Below, one piece after another: positions 13,801 through 28,800 of a stretch of DNA of 64,000 nt. The DNA is taken from the NCBI GenBank assembly GCA_965202585.1, contig OZ241830.1, positions 372,001 to 436,000 of the forward strand, read 5' to 3'. Numbering within the stretch: position 1 is the first letter of the stretch; each line of letters starts with the position of its first letter. Under the pieces are notes generated by a model, which did no database searches, was not told the DNA's origin, and saw only the letters and a program-made list of their open reading frames with translations. The position numbers were made by a program, and so were the translations under genes. This DNA is from Thalia democratica (taxonomy: Eukaryota).

Positions 13801-16800
13801 TCTACTAAATTTAGCACTATGAAAGAAAAAGGTTTTAAAAGCATACTTAATACCATACTAGAAATAAAGTGAAACTTATTTAAAATAATTATTTAAAACT
13901 GACAAGTAATTATTGAAACTCTGACATACAGCTTTTTGTACTTATTATCTAATCAGTGTATTTTCTGGCTTATACAAGAAATTAGTCATAACAGAACAAG
14001 TATTTTGAAAAGTTACGCTTTCTGACCACATACTTAATATTTAATGAACTCTTCAGCTATTGTGCTCCATTTTCACAAGAATATTTAATATAAGAGAGGA
14101 ATATTGACAATTTTTTGTTGAAGAATTACATGGAAGGAAGTTTTGTGGTTTTTATTTAAATTTTTTGATTTTGTATTCTACATAAAGATTTGATTACTTG
14201 TTCATGTATCTACAGCTTACAAACATTTTTTTTTATTTAAAGTTCAAAAATAGGTTAAACAACCACTGCATTTAGTAACAACGTTTGTAAATTATCAGAA
14301 ATTTTGTAAAATAAAATAATCTTAACTTTATAAACGTAAAATATATCATAATTGAATTTACTATACAAATATCTACATTTACAGAACGGTATAAAGTCAA
14401 AACGACTTTTAGTAGATATAAACGTATGAGCTTGTAACTACATCGTAAAATCAGCTTTTTCAAGATGTACAACAAAATGCCCGCTGTAAATGAACCACTA
14501 AATTGACTTGAAACGTTTCAGCTAAATCCATGCATCATTAAATTCAAATTAAACCGAATTTTATTTATTATAACGAAGTTATTCTTTGAACCTAGCTAAT
14601 ATAAGCATTCATAGCTTAAATTTAATGTTAACCAATGAAAAATAAAGAATGTACCCTCTGTGAGCAAAAACACATGTAAACAAACTAAAAGGACTTTAGA
14701 ACAAGCTTTTAAGTTCAATTTTAAGGTCTCTGTTAAAATACTACGTCGTAAAACGAGGTCTTTATAAGAGCTAGTACGTGTAAAAGCGAGTATATTAACA
14801 TGTAAATCTACCAACGTGCTTTACATAGTGAAAATAAGCCTGCTTGTATTTGTAATTACTTTGAAATTTGATTTTAAACTCATACGTGGCATGGGTACTA
14901 CTTTGTTTTATTCAAAATAAATTTCGTGTTTGCTTTATTTAGATGTAAGACTTTATTGCTTTTAGAATTTGTTTTTATTTTTTCTTGAAGAAAAACATGT
15001 GCACAAATGTTTGTTTTTATGGAACTTACCCGGTCAAAAAACCACAGAAATTCGTAGAATAAATAAATTGTTTATTTTTCTTGATATGAAGAAAAATAAG
15101 ATAAATTAGTTGTATATACATAAATTTTCACAAATTATATTACAATCAAAAAGTTTTTTTTTCATATAATTAATTTAAACTATATGGAATAATTTTATTG
15201 TTTTTGATAATGCATTTGTTTACATTAGTATTAGTTTAAAAAAGGACTTTACTTTTTAACTTAAAATATAACTTCAAACTCTAGTTCAGTTCAAAATACA
15301 CCACTTTTTAACCTTAAAAAGATACAAATATTAAAAAAAACCCTAGGCTCGATGCTGAGATCATTCTTCATCATAAGGATGTCAATCATCTCTTTATTGA
15401 GAGCTTCATTGGAGTTTTGTCTCCTTGGAGTCCTTCCAAAGCACTTCGGAGGCTCAAAGTTCATCAAGATCTGCTTTCCCTGTTGATAATAAAATCATGT
15501 AAGGTAATTTAAATTAGATAAGTTATGTTACAAAAAATTACTTATTTTATTTAGTTTTAATTGTTTTTGTTTTATTACTACATAGAAAAAAAACTTATTT
15601 AACTCATATATATATACCTTTATAAATTTCTTATGTCATAAAAATATTTAGCTAAATGAATAAAATTTATTTAAATTCCATCAGTTTAAGTGAACTGAAA
15701 GTTTACAACAGGATTCATTCAAAATAACTCAACGATGTAATTTCTAGCAGTTGTAAATACACATCATCGAAGTATTTCATTGATAAAATTTTCCTAGTTA
15801 TGTGGTATGGGGCACATATGTTACGGAATTAGTCATTTGACAATTTTAATTGAAAGTTGTCGTCAACACATTCATGATTCATTTCACAATAAGACAGAAG
15901 GTTGACAACAAATAACACAATTCTTACTACATGCTGGGGTTTGTTATGAATCTTTGCTAAATAACAGGCAAAAAAAGAGTTTTTAGTGACCTACAAAGTA
16001 CTTTGGTCCTTAAAAATTTTACTTAGATTTTTAAGGTAGTATTAAAAAAATTACTTAACTATTTATTACTTCTCGTCTTAAACTAATGAGATTTTTGATA
16101 TAATTATTGTATAATAATACCAACAACATTATACATCGTAGTGGCATTTTCCCTTACACGAAACGATTCTAAAGGTAAATTTGTAAAATAAACAACTTCA
16201 TACACGAGTTTATAAATAAACAGCAATCGCTAACAAGGAAAATTACATAAACTCTTGTTTATAGTTGGAAGGAAAACACAGTGATGTTTGTTTACGTGGC
16301 TCCCTTCTAACGACGTTAATTATGACGTCACAATACCGCTAGGATCAGATGATCCTCGTCAGGCGTCAGTGAGCACCACCGTGGCAAATTTATGACGTCA
16401 CAAAGGCTTAGACCCAAAACTCTGTTTTATAGTGTTTTTAGAGCAAATAGATGCAATTACTTTTCAAATTCAAAAATGTGGAAAAAAACTGCATCCATTT
16501 GCAGAGAGTTAAATAAAAAAAATTGAAAGCTATAGCTATCGTATTGAGTTATTGCAGCCACTTTAATATTGTTATTTGATTATTAAGCCACGTAGTAGCA
16601 AGTTTTTGGGTTCAAACAGAAGCGAAATATTTAAACTCACTTCAAACTAATTGAATTAAATCGAGTTCCATTGTTATTGGGTTTGTCGTTATTTTTTGGC
16701 CCTTTCATCCGAGGGTACTTGTTAACTTGTAGTATTTTTATCCGAAATTTAGCGGTTTCCATTAATAAATATTTGTTGTTGCGAGTAAACAGATTAAAAA

Positions 16801-19800
16801 TTGATTTTCCGGAAATAATACTTGAAATTATCAAAAATACAAATTTTTATCAAAATTATCTTGTGTAAGTGTTTTTGTTCGTTAATTTTAAAACTACGTA
16901 AAATTCCGCCTAAAAACTAGCTGTTTCGCAATTGACAATTGATGTAAAGAACTAACGAAAAACTAATATGTCAACTTAAATATCGCGTACATAAATATTC
17001 TAACATGAAATCGCTCTAAACTTTACTTTTCTCTGAAAGATTAAACTTTAAAAATTATCGGATTTTAGACATATATTATTTTGTGTAAATTGCTTACAAG
17101 GTGTGTAATTAATATATAGAAATTTAAATGTGGGCAGATTATTCTTTTATTTTCTCTCAACAGTCTGAATGCTTAATATTTGTACGACCTTTGCAGAACA
17201 GAATTAAAATTAATTTAAATTAATTTGAGAAATTTAATTTAATCTTGAAGCCTTTTTAAAGCAGCAAATTTAAAACAACATTTTTAATGATACAAAAAAC
17301 AATTTAGATGTTATATGTTTAATAAAAATATGTTACACAATATTTTAAACTCAATTTACATTTACTTTATCTATTTAATTTGTAAAAGCTACAAATTTTT
17401 ATTGATTTAATAATATATACTATTAAAAATGACTTGAATCATGCAAAGGACCAGTTTTAGCACGCCAAATATAAAAATGATTGTAAATTACAAGGTTTTT
17501 CAATTTGAAAAACAACATCATACGATAGTTAGCACACATTTGTCAAAGGCACGAATTTTTGACCATATTTCAGCAAATAAAAGCGGTGAATGGGTTTTGT
17601 AGAGCGCAGATAATGTGATTATGTTATTACAAATTTGCAAAATTGCAACTTACTACTTGAATACTCAACAAACCCCGACTCACTCAAGCGTCACTAAAAC
17701 TTTCTGCCAACCCATGCACTTTTAACCCAAAATTGATAAACCTTTATCTATTGGCTCTATGTTTCATGATGGTTTAAAACTATTCAGCTCTTATATCGTT
17801 CTTTTTAGTTGCCACAACAAGTAACAATAAACATTTAAAATCAATGGAAATAAGAGCACTTACTGGTAGAAAAACCTAGCAACTACAAAAACAAACAAAA
17901 AATTCAAATTTCAAAACGGATGCACTTTTTCATTTCAGAGAAAAAACCAATTGATGGTAGTTTCTAATAGTTTTTTTTTGGCTATAAACACTACATTGGG
18001 GCAATAAAGAGGCCTTGGACGGCTTCAGAAAGTCAACTGTACGTTTAAAAAGCTCTCAAAGGGGCAACAATAGAGTGGAGAAGACAGAATAGAGTTTTGT
18101 GAAGTGTTGAAACACATTGTTGTTAATAATGTATGACTTTCCACACAGCAACTATACATGTACTAGATATTGTCTAAAGCTGAGTGTTTTCTGTGTAATT
18201 GTTTCTTTTTGTTGTCAATGAACACTTCAATTTAATTCTTTTCTTATCAGGTACTTGCTTAACTTTTCCAACATTCTTATATTTGCTTTCAACTTACTTT
18301 TGAGTCTGGTAACTAGTAAACTATGAAAATTTGTAAAAATAGTTTCACTTAAGCATTTGTAGATTGAAAAGAAATAGTTTTGGTTTAACTGAACATTTCA
18401 AAACTTTTCAAATATAAAAATACCTTTTTTTTTTTAAAGGTTTCGTAACAGAACAATGTTATGTAAATTTTCAAAGTTATGTTTTAATTTATTTTGATGT
18501 AACTTAATTAGTTTCCAATTACTATGATACAGTATTTTTAACAAACTTAAAAAAACATTTTTCAAGTGTTTTTTAAAAATAGAACGAAACATAATGGTCT
18601 TTTTTGAAGTAAAGTGTTTTTGTTATTATTACTTTCTGGATTTTAAAACAAAGCTATTTCAACTGACCTTACAACAACAGAATGACTTTTATCATATGAG
18701 TAAACAATATGATATCGGCGAAACAATAAGACAATGGCCTGTTATTCAGGAAGCAAATTTAAAATAAATATTTACAATAAATTTCAACATTCAACGGTGA
18801 ATTGACAGGTACTAATCTAGAAAACTAGTTACTTATGACGTAACAAGCTATACTTATGTGAATACTGAATCTTGTTTCATGAAGTTTAAAACCCTGTGTA
18901 AATAATTTGCTCAGAATTTAAAATATAAAAAAAAAAATAATTCTTTATTTGCAGAAAACTATAACACCCAAAAGGGTTAATGGTTTCTACAGCAACCAGA
19001 GACTTGAAAATAGTGAATAATGAAGTTGCAGATACTAATCTAGAGTAATTTTGAACTAGTGTCATTAAGAAGCATGTGGTTGCATTATTATCAAATTAGA
19101 AGTTTGATTTAACCTTTTGAAAAGATCTCTATCTACCAAGATTTCAATCATCTGCTTTTGAAACTTGTTTTATGTTTATTTATCTGTTTAGTAAAGAAAA
19201 AAAAAACTTAAAAGTTAAATTATATAATTTGATTTTGTGTTTATCAAATGTATGTCTAATCGAAGTTTACTTACATGTAATTATATAAAAGTAGAAAATA
19301 AAAAATTCAATACAAAAATAGAAAGCTTTTTATATGTTTCTTAGTTCGTAAAAAAAAAAAAAGATTCATATTTATGTATTAAATGATAATTTTTGCATAC
19401 ACTACATTTTTTACTATTTAGTATAATTAGTTAATAATATTAGTAAGAATTAGAAAAGCAAAAGTTTATAACGGCAGTTATAAATAAAAGAGAGAAAGAG
19501 TTGATTAATTGATTACTGCAGGCAGCTTTTCAATAAATATCCGTTATTAAACTAATTATACTTTATAACTTTCACACACACTGTAGTGCACAAGTGTATA
19601 ATTACCTTGACAATTTGAACGGTTATAAGATGATTTGCCACTAACAATTACATTTAACTGCCCTTTTAATTTGATATAAGTTTTTAATTATATTTTTAAC
19701 TTTTAGTTAAAAGATTTTTACCACACCAAACTTTTACTAAATATTTATAACTTACTTTGTGAGCTTAAACTAATTATACGAATTTTTTCATTTGATATAT

Positions 19801-22800
19801 AAAACTTATAATTCTTTAGGATTTCAAGCTTTATCATTTCTGCATTGTGTTTATTTAATTTTTAAGATTTTTTTGACCTTATTTCTTTCGAAACAATTGA
19901 ATTTCAGTAACTTTTAAGCTTCCACTAAGCTCCAATTGAAGGATGTGATTTATTTCAGATTACTAATATATCGAACTTTTTAAAAACTATACCATCATTT
20001 CTCAAACTTTATACTTATATAACACAAAAAAATAACAGTTGTTTTTTTTTGTGGTAAGTAATGATTTTGAACTTGTACTTTAAGTACTAATAATATAAAA
20101 TTTATGTTTTATAGAAGGAAGTTATAATTAAGAAGCTTAATGCTCTTTTACAACTGATTTTTTTCAAGTTATAAGCAACAGGTGCTTTGTAAAGTTTAAA
20201 TATTAATTAACCGGCTTTAAAATTTTATTACTCCGTTGTTTTACAATAACAAAACAAGTAAACTGTTAACTAGCCATTTACTTTGTAATGTTCAAAAAAA
20301 AATATTTTAACATATGCTAGTATTCAATGAAGGCTTTAAGCCATTTAAAGTAAACAATTTTCATGTTTTCTTTTTGTTCCTCTTTATTGATTAGTAATAC
20401 AATTTAAAACAACAGCACTAGTATTTTATTATGCTTAAAAAACATGTTAAACATTTTAGATACTTACCTGAACATTTGTTATTTTTTATGTATATATTGA
20501 TTGAAACTAACAGTAGCAAGTTGCGATAGAGCGGTGTGGTTACCAACTTTTCTGCTTTCTTTCTTCTCATTATTCTGCCTCTGAGAACTTTGCTTGATTC
20601 TTCTTATCTGCTGCCTCATAAACTCCGTCGTCTGTTACAAGTTATGTAAAAATTCACCTTTTTATGATATACACTTGAGTTTTAGCTGTTGATTTTAAAT
20701 GTATTTTAGCAAGCTGATTTGTAAAAATAAAACTTTTGCTTGGATACAGGTAGTTTGATTTTTCTTACACAACAGCAATATATGTATTATTTATTTGTTG
20801 TAAATTTTGTACTACTTTGAAGCTTATCATAGCTGACTCAGCAATGAATTGGAAATGAATTTCACAGGGAAAATCAGTGTTTTATTCTCACATACTTACT
20901 ACGTTGATAAAAAAGATTATTTATCTGCAAACTAATTTCACAACAAATCTTGAATAGATTAAGTATTGGAGTTAAAAATAAACATAAACAATTTGTTCAT
21001 GAAATAATTTATATCAACATAAAATATTTTGACTTTTATCAAAAAATAACAATATCAAGTTTTATTTTTTTATAAAAGTCAAAATCAAGTTTTATTTTTT
21101 TACTGAACTTTTTAAAAGCACAAAAACTCTTTTGAAAATAAATTTTTATGATAAATATTAATACGTTGTAGTACTTGGGGAAAACAAATGGTAATTGACA
21201 GTGCAAATGTTACACATAATTGTGTTGGGGTTTCACATATAGCTTCAAAATGCAACAGATGGTTTACAAATATGTTCAACTTTAAATACGGCTAGTTCAA
21301 GTATTTGCTTCTTAAAAATACATACTTGTATTTTGGTAAATGTTAAATATATTTTGAAACATTGTAAATTATAAAAGTTTTATACAAAGAACGGTTTTAC
21401 AGTGTGTTAATGATCATTTAAATCATTTTCGAAAAATATTCTGGTTAAAATATTTTTTAAACCATTATGTATGGTATATTTAAAAATTTATTTGAAAAGT
21501 TAGTAGCAACTGAAATTAAAGAGAGAATAATTTTTCTGTGAAATTGTTAAAAAAGGTTCTTATGAAAAAATAGTAAATGATAGACCAACTGAGATTTTTC
21601 TAAGTTCTTTAAATGTTTACGTTCATTTTTCTGTTTATATCAAATATGGTATGCATTTTAAAACTATTAATAACATTATCTTGGAAATTATCTAATTCTT
21701 TCTAGAAACGATCATAAATAAATATATCAATATACATATTGAATATAGATCTATTGAAACTCCATACATATTGACTAAACTTGAATTTCACAGAGAAGTT
21801 ATCATAATAAGGACCATTAAACTTATAGATACAAATTAAAATTAAGAAGTTTTAATAACCGAGCTATTTAGACGTGCGAATGTTTTTATTAGAAATACTT
21901 CAAGTGTTTTTCATGCTGTCATAACCTGAATAAAATTGGGGTTAAAATAACAAATTTGTTCCAGTATCACTCAGTGTTTGAGATAAACTATATTTTGTTT
22001 GCATGTCTATTTTCATCAGTCTTATTGTTTCTTTTTAATACTAATACAAGTTTTCCTGTGCAAAAAGATGCAATTATTTTCTCAGAATTTCCAAATCTAA
22101 GAAAAGAATTGCATTTATTTGCAGAAGGTTATAATTAATAAAAAAGCAAAAAATTTGTTTTGTTTTGTCACTTAATATCTGTCATTACTCAATTTTTATT
22201 GCTGATGTTTTAAAATTAATTGAATTTGATAACTACGCTGTAATTAAGTGAATGCAAAAAAGATGATTTTGCATTTTTACAATCCTAAATATAAACAGCT
22301 AGCACCTGTAATAATAAGTTAACAATTTTGTTAAATTGTAATTACTAACTTTTGTTGAACTTTGTTTTGTTTAATTCAAATTTATAATTATTTATACAGA
22401 AAAACTAAAACTACACTTGAATAGAATAAAATACGTTTGTATATCTTTAAGATGTCACATGAATCATTGGAAATAAAGATTGAAAATGGACTAATAATTT
22501 TATATTTAAGTTTTATTCACCTTAAATGCAAAATGACCAGATAATTCAAAAGCATTATGAGATTTATTTACAGTTAAGTGCAAACTCTTGTTTTCTATAA
22601 AAACAACGATAAATTTCGAATGAACAGTGACGTCATAATTGAAAATTCACCGTGAAATCTCGAAGCACAATGCCCACACCGTGTATAAGATGAGGGCATT
22701 GTCATAAGTTATCATCTCCATCACATCGAGTTTTATTTGAAACAATTCAACCATAAATGACACGACACACATAAATTATTTGTAAACATTTAAAATAAAT

Positions 22801-25800
22801 ATTCTCATTTAAATTAAATTGAGTGCCAAGAAATCATCGCACGATACTAGAGGAAATTATTTGAAGTTTTTTAAAAGTTATGCTTCAGACTTATCAAAAG
22901 TTAGATGTTAATAAATATCGGTACTTAAATTTATTGGATTTTAAAAATCAGAAACATTAAATCAATATTGATAATAAGAATAACTAAAGTGATTAAATAA
23001 GAAAAATTGATATGTTAAAAAAATGATTTATAATTTTTTTGATTTTATTTTAGCTATACTCAAATATGTTTCCAAAAATCAGTCAGTTCTAACTGGGGTT
23101 TATATTTTGATAAACAAAAAGTTATAAATGTTCACGGTGTTTTCATAATTGTTTTATTATTACAATTTTGGCAAAATTGAAGCATCGGATTACAGCAAAT
23201 TGTTAAGTATAACTGCAAAAGTTTACATTATAAACCTTGATAGCATAAACAAATTTCAACAACTCCATTGTAAACGAGAGCACAATAGTTTTACATTTGC
23301 ATGAGTAATATCATTTCCTTCGTTTTAACTTATTGTTAAAGTTGGTATACAGTTTTAATTAAATTGCTGTTGAAATATGTGCTTGTTGAAATGTTGAGCT
23401 AGATCATTCAACTAAATGAAATGTGATGTAAGTCATATAATGAGCTGAATTTAAAGATGAAAGTCTCTGTGATGAAGAGCGAATTGTTTGCTCAAATCAT
23501 CAGTTCGGATTAACATAAACTAATTACAAAAGTAAACAATTTGTAACCTATTCCGCTAACTTGTCATTTAAACTCATTATTTTATTTTTGCTTTATAAAC
23601 TTAGCAATGAATACCTCAGAATTGTTTAGAAAATAAATAAAGTTAATTTATACACAAAACTATCTGCCAATGCATGTACTTTTATATTTTAAAATAAAAA
23701 ATTTAAGGAGTAAGTGCATTAATTGGCAGAAAGCTTTAAGTTAATTTAATTTTTATATTTATAAAATAATTTCAACCTCTTTTGCCGATTTGTCATTTCT
23801 ACTTTGTATTTTCGGCTGGCTTTTTTGCTTCTCTGAGTTCCAGTCAGTTGGTGTCTATAATATTAAAAAAAAGTTTTTTTTTATAAAATATTGATAACTA
23901 CTAATTTATTTATACCTTAATTAGCTCAATGACCAAAGTATTTTTAAACCTAATTTGATAATAATTTCAAAGAAAGCCTGATTTAAGCAGCATTCAAATA
24001 CAAAAGCATTGTTCAAATAATAAACCAATTTAAATAATTTATTACTTTTAAGCATATTTAACTAGCGGGTGTAAACTATGCTAAAGTTAATAGTTAATTT
24101 TTGATTTAAACTTTAACATAGTTAGTTATAAAAGTCAAATATTAACTGTTTAGGAGACTTACTGACTAGGTTTTAATAGCTTGATACTAATAATTCAAGT
24201 TAAAACTTTAATTTATTCTATAAATAATTCAAAAGAGTTAGTTTCTCAGTTTTTCGTCCACAAAGGAATATTATTTTCAACGTTAATGAACAGTGTGTTG
24301 CACAGAAAATTCATGTAAAATTTCTGCCCACACAGTAACTCGATATATGAAATCTCAGGAGTTAAATTTTGAAGTGAATTTTTGGCAGACAAATTTGATT
24401 ATTGCAGGCTGGGGAGTTTAAAACATATGTCCAAATTTGATTACATATAACTGAATTTGTATTTATATTGACTGTAGTACTCTGTTCAAGTTTTACAATT
24501 CATTGAAACACTAAAGTATAGAAAGTAGAAGACTGTATGAAGCAATTGCCAAACGTAGCAAGTAATTTAAACCCAGTATAATTAGATACAATTTTCAATT
24601 TTAAAGCAGAACTAAACCCGCTTAACTAATGCAATAAATAATGCACTTATTTGAAACTAACAAATGAGTCAATCGGCGTATAAACTATATAATTAATCAA
24701 TTTATTTGTGCCACATGACTAATAAGGTTTTGCAGTTTACTAAATACATTGAAAGTTGATAAGTTTATGTAAAGATAAAACTCTACATAAAACAATCGAA
24801 AAAAATTATAATGAGTAATTTTGTGAGAGTTTTAAACGAATTTTCTATTCAAAATGTGAGCAGAGTGTATGGCTGATTAATTTTTTTCAGATGTAAACTT
24901 AATTTTAGCTGGCAAATTGCAACAAAAGCCGATTTATTGTTTCAATTCTGCGCGCACAAAAGTACTTATTGACTTACTGTCAAATGCAGGAAAATTTTAT
25001 TAAAACAAACAGGACAGTATGAAATTATCTCGCATTTTCAGTGTGACTTTCAGCGAAATTCGAAGTTAATTTGGGGCTGAAACGCGAAATTGGCCGGTTG
25101 AAAGCAGCTATTTAAGAGCTGTGACAATAACAACAACTTGTTTTATCGCCACCATTTATGCAGTGATAGTTTTGCTTTTTAAGCTTTTAAGGTGTGTTCA
25201 ACACTGAAACACTCAAATTTGCTTTGTTTGAACAAATCTCGAGAGTTTTAAACATTTCCTAAGTTTTTATTACAACTTCTTTTTTTTATTGTCGGATTTT
25301 TTCCACTATTATTCAGGCCCGGACGTGTTAAACTTGTTGTGAATGAAAATTACAAAGTTTGAGGTTTTTGAATAAGAGTGAAACTTGTTAAGTGGTAAAG
25401 CGAGCTCAGTGTAAAAGAAAACAACATTTTCCGTGTTAGTTTAAAAAAACTTCCTTTAAAAAAACTCACAAAAAATTTAAAGGGGGGATGTCAACAAAAA
25501 ATGAGCTCATAACATGTCAGAAAACGATTATAAAGATTAATCGAAATTCAGCAGTAAAAACATTTTTCACTTTTTAAAATTTTCCAATTTTGTCCGGACG
25601 TGTACATTTTAATGGGGAATTTTTTAACAATTCAGCTCAAGTACTATTTGAAAACTAGGATATAAGTCACCTTTTATTAAAAATATTTAAATTATTCAGA
25701 TTTTGTTAACTACGTATGCGCTTAACAATGTTTTTATTTAAAAGTTAAAACCCTAATAAAAAAAAAAAACAAATTAAATTTTAGTTTTTAAATGATAAAA

Positions 25801-28800
25801 TATTTTTAAAAATTTACTGATAAAAATAAATTTCTAGAATATGCGCTAGTTTTGAACTGTTTATTAAAAAAAAAAATTCAATAAAAAGTAATTTTTTGAG
25901 CTGGTGTTAATGGCGAAAAAAACAAATACAAAAAAATTAAAAAAGGGTAAGTAGAGTTTAGGCAGTATTGAATTTAAGAGCACTCAACAAAATGTAGAGT
26001 ATTTAGTAACATTTGCTACAAACTCAACTTGCTACTTGCTTGCCACTATTTTAGTGTTACTTCCGTTCTTAATGTTTCAAGCAAAAAATTTTCAACTGTC
26101 TCTCGTTTATTTTACACTTGATAACTTATCTTGATATTTAATTTAATTATTAACTTCTCAGTCTTGTTTTTAAAGCTTTTCTTATAGGTTTAAAGATTAT
26201 CACTATTTTATACACCTGAAACAAAAATTTGCCTAAAGACTAATTTCTAGTTTTACAGTTTTTTTATAACTTCAATTTTCTGCAATTTGTTTTATATTTA
26301 TTGAAAAAAAAAGTTAAAAATAAAGTTATTTGGCACTGGCAGAGGGTTTGAAGTAAAAAGTATTTATTTAAATAAAGTTTTTTCTGTCATTATCAACAAT
26401 AAACTTGGCTATAATTTTTCTAATATTTTTTGTAAACCAAGAATGAAACTGATATTTTATACGTATATTTGTGATTGACAATGGAAATTAAGTATTAAAA
26501 AAACTAAGGGCGACTTAATCCTGCTCATTTAAGTTCAATGTATGGAAATATTTTGAAGAATTAACGGTTAATTAACTTTTTAAAGTTTAACCTTATTGAT
26601 TTACAGTTGGAAAATACAACATATTATATGAATAAATTATTGCATCAGACTTTTTTAAATAATATTTTTAAGTTTTTTTTTTTAAGTTTTTTTAAAACTT
26701 TTGACCCTTGATAAAAAACAAAATAAATATTTACTACTAACAGAAAAGATTAAGGTAAATATTTATTTTGTTAAAACTTTAATTTTAAAAATGCTTCCTT
26801 GAATACACTGTTGTGGGAATTGATTGTTGTAATTTCAAAAAGGAAAATGAATCATGAAGTAATTTAGCTTAAAACACTGAAAACTGCTTAAACTAATTAT
26901 TGCAACTTTTTCCTGAAACTTTATATAATTTTCCAGTGTTTTTTTAACAATTATTTTTGAAAAAATAAGTATAGTTTAACACCTATTTTAATAACATAAT
27001 ATTTTATTACTTTTCAGTATAAGAGTAATATCAACTGTAATATAGTTTAAAACAGTAAATATTTTTATACATATGCTTTATATTGCATTTTATTCTTACA
27101 CCTACGCTAGAAATAACGATAAAGAGAAAATTTTTTATTGTTTTGTTTTTACAAATGTATTAAGAAAAGTTTCAGGATGTAAGCAATTTTATTTTTTAGT
27201 AAAAATAAAATTGTCAAATGCTAGATCATACTATTAACTTCTTTATTTTGAAAAAAGTAAAATTTTCAATTGTAACAGAAGTTATTTAAAAAAAATACTC
27301 TTAAGTTTTTTTTTGTATTTACAGGCCACTATAAAACTTTTGAAACCTTTATACTAACTACCTTAATTTAATAACTTTTTCCATGTAGATGAACTAACCT
27401 ATTTTTGAAATAAAAATATTGTGTAAAATTTATAAGATATTTTGCAAACTTGTGTGGACTTGTCCCTTGTGAGGAGACCCTGATGTTGCACGGACTGACT
27501 GGACAGCTCCCTGGGCCACTGACCAATGAGGTAGGGGGTGGTAATGTTGTCATGGTGATTGGACGAGCTCCTTCTGATGCTTGGTGATGGCGACCTTCTG
27601 TTTGTTACTAAAAAAAATATTCATAATAGTAACATGCTCAATTCAAAAGTTCATCATTTCAAAGAACTTTTTAATAATAAATAATAATAAATATACTTTT
27701 ATTACTTTGATTAACTTTGTGAAAACCATTTCAAATCACATTGAAACTATTTAAATTATTTAGTAAGTTAACTGATTTTCACAATTTTTTTGTAATCTGT
27801 AAAAATTCAATCAGGTAAACCTGATAAAAGTTGAGTTCTAAATATCTGCTACTTCAAAACCTTGATAGAATTATACCTTTATTTATTATACATAAATTAG
27901 AAGGTGGAATTTATTTCAATTAACCCGAAACTCGCGCTAGACACCAGTTAATTAATATTGATGTAAATTTTACAATATTGACACTTGTTCGTTATTACTA
28001 ATAAATATTAATAAAATAAAATTCAAAAGATCATATTTCTTGCATGTAAAGTCATGAGAGACTTTATTACGGCCAAATAATTTAATTAAGCTATATTTGC
28101 ATTTAATTAGGACTAATATAATGTTTGTCTTGTTTTAGCTATCCAGAATATATTCTATCAATATAAAAATATTTCAATGTAATTTGCAACATTTTCAAGA
28201 ACAAACTCTTTAGAAAACTAATCGTTTCAAGAGCTTAATTATTTATAAACTAACTTAGTAATAACTAGCTATAATAGTCCAATTTAAAAGTACAGAAAAA
28301 GCTTAAGAGAATCTATTATTTATTTTAAATAATTAATGTTTGTTTACTTTAGTTAAAATTTAAAAATTCCCTCAAAAGTCCTGCCAGCATGAAAAATGTT
28401 TCCTGGGTAGTCGAGCCTGGGAAAATAACTGTTTGTTTATTTGAAATTGTCCTATTTATATTTGGCTGTTTACACTTTAATTATTTATGGATAAGTAAGA
28501 TGAAAAGTTACATTGGAAATCAGAAATTAGTCTAAATTTTATTTATTTCCTTCTCAATACAAAACATTCACAACATTTTGAATTTTTCTACAATTTTAGT
28601 CATTGAATTAAAGTTAATATTCTATTAGTAGAATTGACGCAAGAAGAATTAAATATTTATCAAAATAAACTTTTACCGAACTTATCATCAAAAAAAAACC
28701 CCTTTACTTATTCCAACAATCAATAAATTTAATAATAGTATACCATCACATGCTTTTTAGTTTTTCTTAAACCGTAAAATATATTAATTTTACGTTTACT

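Noticed and set aside
14272-16868. Short ORFs at 14272-14475, 14596-14814, 16637-16834, 16671-16868 (and 6884-7088)
   Set aside because: No recognisable motifs or consistent splice sites; compatible with chance ORFs.
28350-28430. GC-raised segment as a missing FAM117 exon
   Set aside because: Stops or no usable donor in the needed frame, and exon 3 phase is already solved by the 27608 acceptor.
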